A stretch of DNA of 64,000 nucleotides from a virus (taxonomy: Duplodnaviria; Caudoviricetes): the IMG/VR virus record IMGVR_UViG_3300031993_000072, positions 1,330 to 65,329 of that record; one strand, 5' to 3'. Below are positions 20,585 through 28,574 of this stretch, piece by piece (positions within the stretch are counted from its first letter, which is position 1; each line of letters opens with the position of its first letter). The position numbers were made by a program, and so were the translations under genes. The notes under the pieces were generated by a model. That model did not search any database. It was given only the letters and a program-made list of their open reading frames with translations, and was not told where the DNA came from.

Positions 20585-20965
20585 GTCAAAAGGAACAGGG
20601 GCCACGCCGGGAGGCGGACCAACCCCGACAAAGACCGACGCCCGGCCCCCGGAAAACCGGGAAGGGACGAACATTGAAAAGTAAATAACCATGGTACGAA
20701 CACAGGCAAGCCTGCGGGGGTCGCGTCCCCCTGCATTTCCCGGCGCGCCCGACAAGCGCAAGACATAGGGGCTATGCAGCCCCGGATCCGGGCTTTTCCG
20801 GATTTGACGTAATGGGTCTCGTCTTAAGCCCGCACAACAACGCCATGAAAAAGAATGTACCTGCTTTTTTTCCTCCGCCTGTCATGTGCAAGCATGACAG
20901 GCGTCTAGAGAGCATGGCAACGTGTTTTCTAGACGCCTGTCAAGGCGAATATATGAAAAGGTGGA
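20585..20965 (+). ncRNA. Candidate structured leader / ncRNA
   Basis: About 380 nt with no credible ORF and several GC-rich hairpins; perfect 15-bp inverted repeat at 20895-20909/20928-20942. Confidence 0.4.
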
Positions 20966-20972
20966 TTGAAAA

Positions 20973-21668
20973 ATGAAGTACGCAAAAGAGACACTAAGAA
21001 AGATTCTTGCTGTATTAGGTGACTTGATTGAAAAGTACATGTCCATGAGATATGAAGACCTGCGTTTACATATCTCAACCGGCAATAGAAAGATCGGACG
21101 TACACACAATTTCAGCATGGCGCCCGGATACACCTGCGCAAACTGTTCCGAGTGTATCAATTATTGCTACGACATCAAGGCTTGTTGGCAATATGAGAAC
21201 GTCCGGAAGGCCAGGTCTGAAAATACAGCACTCATGCGGAAGAACATGCCAGCAACCATGATGCTGATTAACAACTACATCAACAAAAAGCGTACACACA
21301 AGTTCTTCCGGTGGCATGTCTCCGGTGACATTCTAAGCGTGGAATACTTTGACTGGATGGTACGGATCGCAAAATGGCATCCGGACTGGATATTCTGGAC
21401 ATACACAAAAAATTACTACGCCGTCAATGAATGGGTGCGGAAGCATGGCGGAACGAAAAAATCCGTTCCGTCTAACCTGTCCGTCATGTATTCCATCTGG
21501 AATGGCATGGACTGCCCGAACCCGTACGGGTTCGCTACGTTCACATGCATCATGGAAGGCATGGAACCCGCTCCGGATAGTTGGGCCTGCCCGGGAAACT
21601 GCGATGCCTGCCTCCGCTCCGGTCATGGTTGTCCGTTCCAGGAATCCGCTCATGTCAACGCACACTAA
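20973..21668 (+). CDS. Gp88-like Cys-rich protein
   Basis: GNRKIG...TCANCSECINYCY...FFRWHVSGDI...WTYTK pattern. Confidence 0.65.
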   Translation: MKYAKETLRKILAVLGDLIEKYMSMRYEDLRLHISTGNRKIGRTHNFSMAPGYTCANCSECINYCYDIKACWQYENVRKARSENTALMRKNMPATMMLINNYINKKRTHKFFRWHVSGDILSVEYFDWMVRIAKWHPDWIFWTYTKNYYAVNEWVRKHGGTKKSVPSNLSVMYSIWNGMDCPNPYGFATFTCIMEGMEPAPDSWACPGNCDACLRSGHGCPFQESAHVNAH

Positions 21669-21761
21669 CAGGGCCGGCCGGATCCGCTCCGGCCGTTCCG
21701 GTTCTGAACCCGCTCCGGTGGATTCAGACCCGGGACGCAGTCCCGAATAAAAAACAGGAGG
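21666..21761 (+). repeat. Type-A intergenic triple-hairpin element, copy 1
   Basis: Shares TAACAGG.CCGG, CCCGCTCCGGTGGA and CCCGAATAAAA..CAGGAGG with 22040-22131. Confidence 0.8.
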
Positions 21762-21769
21762 AAAAAACA

Positions 21770-22042
21770 ATGGGTAACAATGAGGCGATCATTCACGACA
21801 TCGACGAACTCCAGGAACTCAAGCGGATGCGCGAGGAACTGGACGCGGCCATCGAGGCCGCCGCGGACAAGGTCAAGGCCGCTCTTGGCGACACCGAGAC
21901 CGGCGTATTCGGTCCATACAAGGTCACCTACAAGACGGTGGTCAGCACCCGGGTGGATACCACGGCGCTGAAGAAGGAACTGCCCGAGATCGCAGCCCGC
22001 TTCAGCAAGGCCTCCGAATCCCGGCCGCTCCGAATCACCTAA
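21770..22042 (+). CDS. Hypothetical protein (coiled coil plus VTYKTVVSTRVDTTALKK)
   Basis: AGGAGG RBS; resembles the C-terminal part of YqaJ-like phage proteins. Confidence 0.7.
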   Translation: MGNNEAIIHDIDELQELKRMREELDAAIEAAADKVKAALGDTETGVFGPYKVTYKTVVSTRVDTTALKKELPEIAARFSKASESRPLRIT

Positions 22043-22131
22043 CAGGACCGGCCCGCTCCGGCGGGCCTCCTGTCCTGCACCCGCTCCGGTGGATGCAGGA
22101 CAGGGGCATGGCCCCGAATAAAAGCAGGAGG
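22040..22131 (+). repeat. Type-A intergenic triple-hairpin element, copy 2
   Basis: Stems covary with copy 1 around an identical 14-nt apex. Confidence 0.8.
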
Positions 22132-22139
22132 ACAGAATC

Positions 22140-22289
22140 ATGGAAGACTGGACACAGTACGACGACAGCCAGCCAGACATCTCTGCCATGACCGGATTCG
22201 CTCCGCTGACAGACCTGGTTGACCGCAATGAACTGGCCTGGCTTGATGCCAAGGAACAAGTCTATGACTACCTGTACCGGAACAACTGA
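22140..22289 (+). CDS. Small acidic hypothetical protein (49 aa, not in ORF track)
   Basis: AGGAGG RBS; MEDWTQYDDSQPD...YLYRNN. Confidence 0.6.
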   Translation: MEDWTQYDDSQPDISAMTGFAPLTDLVDRNELAWLDAKEQVYDYLYRNN

Positions 22290-22365
22290 TGCTGACGCAC
22301 AGCGCCCGGATCCGCTCCGGACGCTCCGGTCAGAACCAGTCCGGTTCTGAAGAAGGAGGAAAAAT

Positions 22366-22719
22366 ATGGAAGACATTATTGTCGAACACGTACCGGTATC
22401 CGGTGCTGTCAAGGTCTACGACAGACTGTCACAGAAGGTCATCTTCTCCGGAACGGAAGACGTCATACCGATAGCGATCGCCAAGCAGAAACCGCTCCTG
22501 GTCTACTGCGTCGACAACACGCTGTATATCGACGTCGAATACCAGAAAGTCTACTACGACAAAGAGGCCAACTGGTACTACTACGAAAGCTTCTTCCGCT
22601 CCCAGTACGAAGAGTTCTGGGGAGACGAGAACGTAGAAGACTGGACCTTCGAAGATTTCCTGGCGGACATCCTAAACGAAGAAATAATCCAGGAGGTGAC
22701 GCTGCCGACCTGTAGCTGA
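22366..22719 (+). CDS. Hypothetical acidic protein (cassette)
   Basis: RBS; the stop codon is the TGA of hairpin element B1. Confidence 0.7.
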   Translation: MEDIIVEHVPVSGAVKVYDRLSQKVIFSGTEDVIPIAIAKQKPLLVYCVDNTLYIDVEYQKVYYDKEANWYYYESFFRSQYEEFWGDENVEDWTFEDFLADILNEEIIQEVTLPTCS

Positions 22720-22797
22720 CATTGACAGACGATGCCCGGAGATTCGCTCCGGACATCGCAGCCAGTGCCAGACACTGGGGAAAGAGAGGAAAGCAGT

Positions 22798-23142
22798 ATG
22801 GAACAGTTCGTATATGAAGGCCGCGGAAAAGGCGAACGCACCGGTCATGAGAGGATCGCAATGCGGAACATCCGCTACGCCATCAACTGGATCGTCGGCG
22901 GGCATTACAACAGCCTACAGGACGGACACCTGGAAGACCTTCCGAACAGCCTGGAGTCGGTCGAGAACGAGGTATACGCCTCCGCCATGGAAGACCTGTA
23001 CATGCCCGGGTACGTACTCGGCGGTCGCGCTCCGAAAGAGATGCGCTTCGCCGGGGCCGACTTCTGCCGAGCCTACATCCACTGGAAGCTGTCCCGGGAC
23101 GGAGACGTCCAGGAGATCGCACAGGTGGCCGGATGGAGGTGA
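22798..23142 (+). CDS. Hypothetical protein (cassette)
   Basis: GAGAGG RBS after B1. Confidence 0.7.
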   Translation: MEQFVYEGRGKGERTGHERIAMRNIRYAINWIVGGHYNSLQDGHLEDLPNSLESVENEVYASAMEDLYMPGYVLGGRAPKEMRFAGADFCRAYIHWKLSRDGDVQEIAQVAGWR

Positions 23143-23147
23143 CTGAC

Positions 23148-23354
23148 ATGGATGATTACCAGAGCATCGTAACCACCGACGTCGGTAACGGAACCCGATC
23201 CGCATACCTTGAGGCCTGGAATGAAGAAGTCCTCTTCAACATCGACGACGTCGACGATGGCCAGGTCATCGCACAGGGTCAGCGATCCGGAAAGTACTAC
23301 CTGCTCGACCTGGACGACTTCATGAACATTGCTGATGCACAGCTGTACATCTGA
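23148..23354 (+). CDS. Hypothetical acidic protein (cassette)
   Basis: GGAGG RBS; stop lies within B2. Confidence 0.65.
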   Translation: MDDYQSIVTTDVGNGTRSAYLEAWNEEVLFNIDDVDDGQVIAQGQRSGKYYLLDLDDFMNIADAQLYI

Positions 23355-23419
23355 CTTCGGCACCTGGTGTCCGGCTCCGGCCGGGCATCATAGCCGGTGC
23401 CAGACACCGGAGAAAGCAG

Positions 23420-23818
23420 GTGAGCAAATTGTTGCCGATCATCTTCATCAACTGTCGGAAGGAACCCTTTGTGGATGATATCATTGCATACCTCAAACAG
23501 TATGAGACCCGCAACAGGAACACACTCGGCCGGTTCCTCGGCGAACCGATCCTCCTGGCTGAGACCGGTCACGGACGACCGATCGTGAAGGCCTACGCAG
23601 TGATCGATCAGATCATCTCGGTCCGTTCCAAGGAAGACTGGGACGAGTACCTGGAGCAGACCTGGATCCCGGTCGGGTCTTCCTACGACTGGCAGCCGAA
23701 CACGAAAGTGAAATGGCTGTACCATCTGAAGGATGTCATCCCCTGCACACCGTTCATTCCGCCGGAAGGCCGGAGGCATGGAAGGGTGTGGATGGAATAC
23801 GAAGGAAAGGAGGCTTGA
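23420..23818 (+). CDS. ASCH/PUA-like domain protein
   Basis: PFVDDI...KQYETR...GEPILL pattern typical of ASCH folds. Confidence 0.55.
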   Translation: MSKLLPIIFINCRKEPFVDDIIAYLKQYETRNRNTLGRFLGEPILLAETGHGRPIVKAYAVIDQIISVRSKEDWDEYLEQTWIPVGSSYDWQPNTKVKWLYHLKDVIPCTPFIPPEGRRHGRVWMEYEGKEA

Positions 23819-23889
23819 ACTGACCTCGACAGACGGCGCCCGGGAGACCGGACGTCGTAGTCGGTGCCAGTCACCGAAAAAAAATCTGA

Positions 23890-23926
23890 AATAGGTATTG
23901 ACCTATTCTGAAATCCATGTTATCAT
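23890..23926 (+). promoter_or_regulatory. Internal sigmaA promoter with an operator-like inverted repeat
   Basis: TTGACC-17-TATCAT; AATAGGT-attg-ACCTATT overlaps the -35. Confidence 0.75.
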
Positions 23927-23971
23927 GAATCAGAAACAGGTGGACACCTATTGAGGAAGGAGGAAAAAGAC

Positions 23972-24724
23972 ATGGTGTATCCGATGCCGAAGGCCTACCG
24001 GACGCCGGGCGGATCGCTCTATGAACCCTTTGTGGAACTGAGCGAGAAACCGCACCTGCTGATCGCCGGGGCCACCGGAAGCGGGAAGTCCGTAGCGCTG
24101 AATGGGATCATCCATTCCCTGCTGCTGACACAGTCCCCGCTGAAGGTCCGGTTCGTACTGATCGATCCGAAGAAGGTGGAACTGGTGCAGTACTCGCGCC
24201 TTCCCCACACATCCCGGTACGCATCAGAACTTCCGGACATTATCCGGGCGCTCCAGTGGGCCGTCGACGAGACGAACCGTAGGTTCTCCGTCATGCAGCG
24301 GGAAGGCGTCCGGGAATACAACGGATCCCACATGTACGTCATCATCGACGAACTGGCAGATCTGATGGTAACCGTCCGGAAGGAATCCCTTCCGCTGCTG
24401 CAGAGACTGGCCCAGATCGGACGCGCTGCCCGGGTCCATGTAATTGCCTGCAGCCAGAACATTCTGGCCCAGACGATCCCTACCCCGCTGAAGTGCAACT
24501 TCAGCACGATCCTCGGCCTGCGGACGGCGAACGCGCAACAGTCCAGGTTCCTTATCTCGGCGACCGGCTGTGAAACGCTGCCGGACCCGAAGCGTGAAGG
24601 CAAAGGCTATGGGTTCCTCCGGGACGGTGCAGATCTGAATAAGCTTCTGATCTACAAGTACCCGGACGAACAGATCAACGCAGCGATCAAGTGGTGGACA
24701 TCCTCCGCCTGCATCGCATCATGA
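23972..24724 (+). CDS. Stand-alone FtsK/SpoIIIE ATPase domain protein
   Basis: PHLLIAGATGSGKS, LIDPKKVEL, YVIIDELADL, GRAARVHVI; no TM segments or gamma domain. Confidence 0.9.
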   Translation: MVYPMPKAYRTPGGSLYEPFVELSEKPHLLIAGATGSGKSVALNGIIHSLLLTQSPLKVRFVLIDPKKVELVQYSRLPHTSRYASELPDIIRALQWAVDETNRRFSVMQREGVREYNGSHMYVIIDELADLMVTVRKESLPLLQRLAQIGRAARVHVIACSQNILAQTIPTPLKCNFSTILGLRTANAQQSRFLISATGCETLPDPKREGKGYGFLRDGADLNKLLIYKYPDEQINAAIKWWTSSACIAS

Positions 24725-24739
24725 AAGGAGGAATAAGAA

Positions 24740-24976
24740 ATGTACGTGACTGAAATTGCCGGACAGATGAGCAACGCACGAAGCGTAAAGGTTGACAAGG
24801 AATTCGCCAGAAAAGGCAACGCAGTGAAAGCTGCACAGAAGGCCTTAAAGGACGGAGTGATTTACTTTGACAATCCGGAACTCTACAAATGGCAGCGCCG
24901 TGTAGAGGTTGAATCCGCAAGGGTTTACAACGAAGACAACCCGGAAGAATTCATCGAGATTACGATCGATAACTGA
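24740..24976 (+). CDS. Hypothetical protein (cassette)
   Basis: AAGGAGG RBS; stop in B4. Confidence 0.65.
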   Translation: MYVTEIAGQMSNARSVKVDKEFARKGNAVKAAQKALKDGVIYFDNPELYKWQRRVEVESARVYNEDNPEEFIEITIDN

Positions 24977-25042
24977 CATTGGCGGACGGCACCCGGGCAC
25001 CGGATGCCGTGGCCAGCGCCAGCTGGAGAAGGAGGAATAAGT

Positions 25043-25315
25043 ATGACAATCCATGACTGGATTACAGCTCATCCGGATGCACATCTCCGAATCATCCAGT
25101 ACACACCCGCTCCGGACGTAGAGGATGAACACGGAAACCTTGTGTACGGAGGAGAAGGAACAAGCGAGACAGTCTTCGATAGCACGACTGGTGAAGGAAA
25201 TCTTTCGGATCTGCTGCTGAAAGAAATCATCAACAGCGATTGGGAGGATGGACCAGCAGAAGATGGCGCTTACGAACTGGAATTCATGCCGGACGAGTAC
25301 TGGGTACAGTTCTGA
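25043..25315 (+). CDS. Hypothetical acidic protein (cassette)
   Basis: AAGGAGG RBS after B4. Confidence 0.65.
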   Translation: MTIHDWITAHPDAHLRIIQYTPAPDVEDEHGNLVYGGEGTSETVFDSTTGEGNLSDLLLKEIINSDWEDGPAEDGAYELEFMPDEYWVQF

Positions 25316-25330
25316 GAGGAGGAAACGCAA

Positions 25331-25609
25331 ATGACATTCACCCACAACCACAAGGATGATACCATCCTTGAACGTGACGGCAAGGACATTGACTTCACGT
25401 TCTTCGGCAACACGTTCACCTACGACGACGAGAACACAGACCGCATGTCATTCCAGATGACGCAGGAAGACCTGCTTCAGAAACTTGAACGGTACTTCAA
25501 TTCCGAGAATAAGGACTACGCAGAAATCTTCGACAACCTCACGCTTCCTGCACAGGATGCGCTGTGGAATGCACTGGTGTCCATGGAACGGAACGGAGTC
25601 ACATTGTGA
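25331..25609 (+). CDS. Hypothetical protein
   Basis: GAGGAGG RBS. Confidence 0.65.
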   Translation: MTFTHNHKDDTILERDGKDIDFTFFGNTFTYDDENTDRMSFQMTQEDLLQKLERYFNSENKDYAEIFDNLTLPAQDALWNALVSMERNGVTL

Positions 25610-25623
25610 GAGGAGGCGAAAGC

Positions 25624-25773
25624 ATGAAGATCATTACTGTCGGCGGACCTACGCTGCAACGCATCTTGTACGCAAACAAGATCGAACCGGCAACACTGAA
25701 ACCAGGATACATCATTCTGGATGAGTGCAGAACCATCGCACTGTCGGACGTCATCGCAATCATTCCAGCTTGA
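25624..25773 (+). CDS. Small hypothetical protein
   Basis: GGAGG RBS; stop in B5. Confidence 0.55.
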   Translation: MKIITVGGPTLQRILYANKIEPATLKPGYIILDECRTIALSDVIAIIPA

Positions 25774-25843
25774 CCTTGACAGACGGGACCTCCGCCGGAG
25801 ATCCCGTAGTCAGCGCCAGGCGCTGAAGAATAGGAGGAAAGCA

Positions 25844-26104
25844 ATGGGATTCACAACAAAGGATTACTTTGACTGCATCCACAAGATGCAGGAACGTGAC
25901 CGGACAGGCGACTGGCGTCAGTGGATCGCAGATGTATACCACTGCTCCGAATGCTGGGGACAGAAGACAACCGAACTGGAGATGCTCCTGGAACTGGCCG
26001 AAAGCAGGCGCCAGGCCGATCCGGAAGATTTCGTTCCGGACATCACCCTGTACCAGGAATGCGCTGCGTACTGGAACGAACTTGCAAACGCATATCCGAA
26101 CTGA
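25844..26104 (+). CDS. Hypothetical protein (cassette)
   Basis: AGGAGG RBS after B5. Confidence 0.65.
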   Translation: MGFTTKDYFDCIHKMQERDRTGDWRQWIADVYHCSECWGQKTTELEMLLELAESRRQADPEDFVPDITLYQECAAYWNELANAYPN

Positions 26105-26119
26105 GAGGAGGAACGAGCA

Positions 26120-26383
26120 ATGAGAACAGAGATCACAATCAAGTTCAAGAATGAACTCCGAAGAGCAAAGAAAAATCCTTCAGTGATTTTCGCTCCGACG
26201 TATTTCTATCCGAGAGATCTCCTTCTGGAACAGCCGGTGCGTGAGTCCAGAATGCACAGCACCGTTCTGGAAAAAACCGGAGATAAAAAGCTTGCAGACT
26301 TCATTGAGTCCTGGGCGCGGTTCGCAGCGATCGGGCAGAAATATGAAGACGGTACGCTGACCGCTGAGGTGTGCTGCTGGTAA
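26120..26383 (+). CDS. Hypothetical protein
   Basis: AGGAGG RBS. Confidence 0.65.
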   Translation: MRTEITIKFKNELRRAKKNPSVIFAPTYFYPRDLLLEQPVRESRMHSTVLEKTGDKKLADFIESWARFAAIGQKYEDGTLTAEVCCW

Positions 26384-26462
26384 TCTGATTTCGGCAGACG
26401 ACGCCCGGAGAAACCGGACGTCGCAGCCGGTACCAGACACCGGAGAAAGAGAGGAAAAAAAC

Positions 26463-26819
26463 ATGATGCTCAAAGCAACCATTTCAAAGATTGAACTGCT
26501 GTTCAGCAAAAACAACAAACCATTCTCGGATCTTCTCATTAAAATCCTTGAAGACTACCTTTCCAAAGCGGATCCGAAAGATCTGGGAGATATGCCTGCG
26601 GATTCCGCAAAGGATATTGCGGATGCGCTCTACGAACTGAAGCTTTCGCCAGCTAAAGGATTCTCTCCGCGCTGCCACATTAAGCTGTCTACACTTTTTG
26701 AGATCCAGAAAATTGTAGAAAAGTACTCAGCAACAGGGAACAGTATTCCAACCAGGTTCCTTGCAGTAAACCTGCATGACATGTACGAAAAACTTTCTCA
26801 GATGAAATATGAAGGTTGA
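26463..26819 (+). CDS. Hypothetical protein (cassette between B6 and B7)
   Basis: RBS after B6; stop in B7; more AT-rich than its neighbours. Confidence 0.65.
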   Translation: MMLKATISKIELLFSKNNKPFSDLLIKILEDYLSKADPKDLGDMPADSAKDIADALYELKLSPAKGFSPRCHIKLSTLFEIQKIVEKYSATGNSIPTRFLAVNLHDMYEKLSQMKYEG

Positions 26820-26890
26820 TTTCGGCGCCTGGGAGATCCGTTCCGGGTCTCTCATGGCCGGTACCAACCGGAGAAAGAGAGGAAAAAATC

Positions 26891-27220
26891 ATGGAGAAAG
26901 TGAGACTGATCGACACCCTTGACGGAATCCGGCTGACCTCCAGGTTTCCCGCATTCAAGGAAAACGGATTCACCTGGCAGCAGGCATTCTTCCAGGTGCT
27001 GCAGTGGAAGAACACCTGGGATCTTGCCTTCAGCGCAACGATCAACGCCAGCAGCAATCACGAAGCGTACCTGGAAATTGTCCTGTACGAAGCAGATCGC
27101 GCCGACCAGACCATTGAATGGCTGAACGGTCTCGGGTACCAGGATATCCATTCCGAAAAGGTCAAGATCGCCAACCTGGAAACAGACGACTACGACCTGG
27201 AGTACGCATACTTCGACTGA
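26891..27220 (+). CDS. Hypothetical protein (cassette between B7 and B8)
   Basis: RBS after B7; stop in B8. Confidence 0.65.
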   Translation: MEKVRLIDTLDGIRLTSRFPAFKENGFTWQQAFFQVLQWKNTWDLAFSATINASSNHEAYLEIVLYEADRADQTIEWLNGLGYQDIHSEKVKIANLETDDYDLEYAYFD

Positions 27221-27288
27221 TCTTGGCACTCATGGCCCGGGCAACCGGACCATGCAGCCAGCACCAGCTGGAGAAAGAAGGTACACTT

Positions 27289-27531
27289 ATGAACCGTATG
27301 AGAACCATCCTCTGCACCGAACACCAGGTTGACGAGAACCACAGCATACTCGTTATGTCCAGGAATCACTGCTTTGAAGCGTACCTGTTTTTCCAGGACG
27401 ATCACGGCGGAGAATCCGACATGCATCACATGTTCAGTGTTCCATGGGAATCCTGCAAAACGTATGAGCAATTCTACACAATGGCCATTGATGCCGCTCC
27501 GAACTATTACAACATCGTTGATGAAGTCTGA
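27289..27531 (+). CDS. Hypothetical protein (cassette between B8 and B9)
   Basis: RBS after B8; stop in B9. Confidence 0.65.
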   Translation: MNRMRTILCTEHQVDENHSILVMSRNHCFEAYLFFQDDHGGESDMHHMFSVPWESCKTYEQFYTMAIDAAPNYYNIVDEV

Positions 27532-27603
27532 TCCCGGTACCTGGGAACCGCACAGCGGTTCTCATAACCGGCACCAGGCCGGAGATTGGAGGATCGATCC
27601 ACT

Positions 27604-27795
27604 ATGAAAAGATACTTCCGCGACTTCTACGGATGCACCGCAAGCATCCGGACCCGCTACAACGGCAGGACCGAACTGGTCATCCGTACCGGCCTCGGAG
27701 GTCTGGTCCTCCGCCGGGAATACGACACCGAACGTGGCGCCAGGATCGCCATGGGGCAGTACAGCGACAGCTGGACCGAAACAACGAGGAGGTGA
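27604..27795 (+). CDS. Small basic hypothetical protein
   Basis: GGAGG RBS after B9. Confidence 0.65.
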   Translation: MKRYFRDFYGCTASIRTRYNGRTELVIRTGLGGLVLRREYDTERGARIAMGQYSDSWTETTRR

Positions 27796-27863
27796 TCTGA
27801 TTGATTTCATTCCTGGATCTGATGTATAATAAGTCCCCACCTATTAACCAAGGAGGATCCACC

Positions 27864-28055
27864 ATGCCAAAGAACAGCACCATTGCCCAACGGAAATACG
27901 ACTCCGCAAACTGCAAGTTTTATCACCTTAAGTTTAACCATAAGACAGACGCAGACGTGATCTCCAAGCTGGAGTCCGTTCCGTCAAAGCAAGACTATAT
28001 CCGGCAGCTGATCCGGAAGGACCTGGCTGCCACGACAGGAAAGAAGGAGGACTAA
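27864..28055 (+). CDS. Small ribbon-helix-helix-like DNA-binding protein
   Basis: AQRKYD...KFNHKTDADVISKLESVPSKQDYIRQLIRKD. Confidence 0.55.
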   Translation: MPKNSTIAQRKYDSANCKFYHLKFNHKTDADVISKLESVPSKQDYIRQLIRKDLAATTGKKED

Positions 28056-28058
28056 CCC

Positions 28059-28253
28059 ATGGAAAAGACTCTGTATACCGCTCTCATCAATGCTGAAGAT
28101 GGAGTCCACATCATTCGCAAGGAAGTATCCGACGACCACGGCGCGTACGAAGACTTTGAGTACGCAGTCCAGGACAAGGCCAACGATCTGGACGGTGAAC
28201 TGTTCGGACCGTACAGCCAGGACGACATCGTCGAAGACATTACCCTGGAATAA
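28059..28253 (+). CDS. Small acidic hypothetical protein
   Basis: AGGAGG RBS. Confidence 0.6.
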   Translation: MEKTLYTALINAEDGVHIIRKEVSDDHGAYEDFEYAVQDKANDLDGELFGPYSQDDIVEDITLE

Positions 28254-28273
28254 CCCATTCCATTTTTTCCTCT

Positions 28274-28312
28274 CGCCCGCTCCGGTTCCGGCCGGGGCGG
28301 GCCTTTTTTTTT
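28274..28312 (+). terminator. Rho-independent terminator closing the array
   Basis: GCCCGCTCCGG...CCGGGGCGGGC followed by a T-run. Confidence 0.85.
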
Positions 28313-28521
28313 GTGCCTTAATGCTTCTGGCCTCCGCATCCGAAATTGCAACGAATAGTCAATTATTTAATAGTCAAAAACCATTCAAATACCATATTCT
28401 ACATTTATTGTACGTGTGTCAAAGACGAGCGTCTATGACACTGTTTTTCGGCACCTTCTTTTTGCTGCATAAAAACCATTTTCCGCATATATTTTATTTC
28501 AATTGCCATGTCATTTTCTAC

Positions 28522-28551
28522 TTGTCAAAATGGTAAGAGTTATGATATAAT
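28522..28551 (+). promoter_or_regulatory. Promoter of the serine recombinase gene
   Basis: TTGTCA-18-TATAAT with extended TG. Confidence 0.65.
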
Positions 28552-28574
28552 ATTATGCAAGGAGGTGGATTTAT

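Larger units (their letters stand above)
22716..27582 (+). repeat. Nine type-B intergenic hairpin elements: 22716-22778, 23351-23410, 23820-23876, 24973-25026, 25770-25826, 26385-26443, 26816-26871, 27217-27271, 27528-27582
   Basis: Consensus YTGAYHYYGRY-[hairpin]-RRYCRGYRCCAR-[stem]-purine-rich RBS (no RBS after B3); TGA-to-CCAG distance 45-51 nt; compensatory changes throughout. Confidence 0.9.

Noticed and set aside
22716-27582. Classical integron attC sites, hammerhead ribozymes or intrinsic terminators
   Set aside because: No RYYYAAC/GTTRRRY ends, no CUGANGA...GAAA core, and no U-tracts after the stems.
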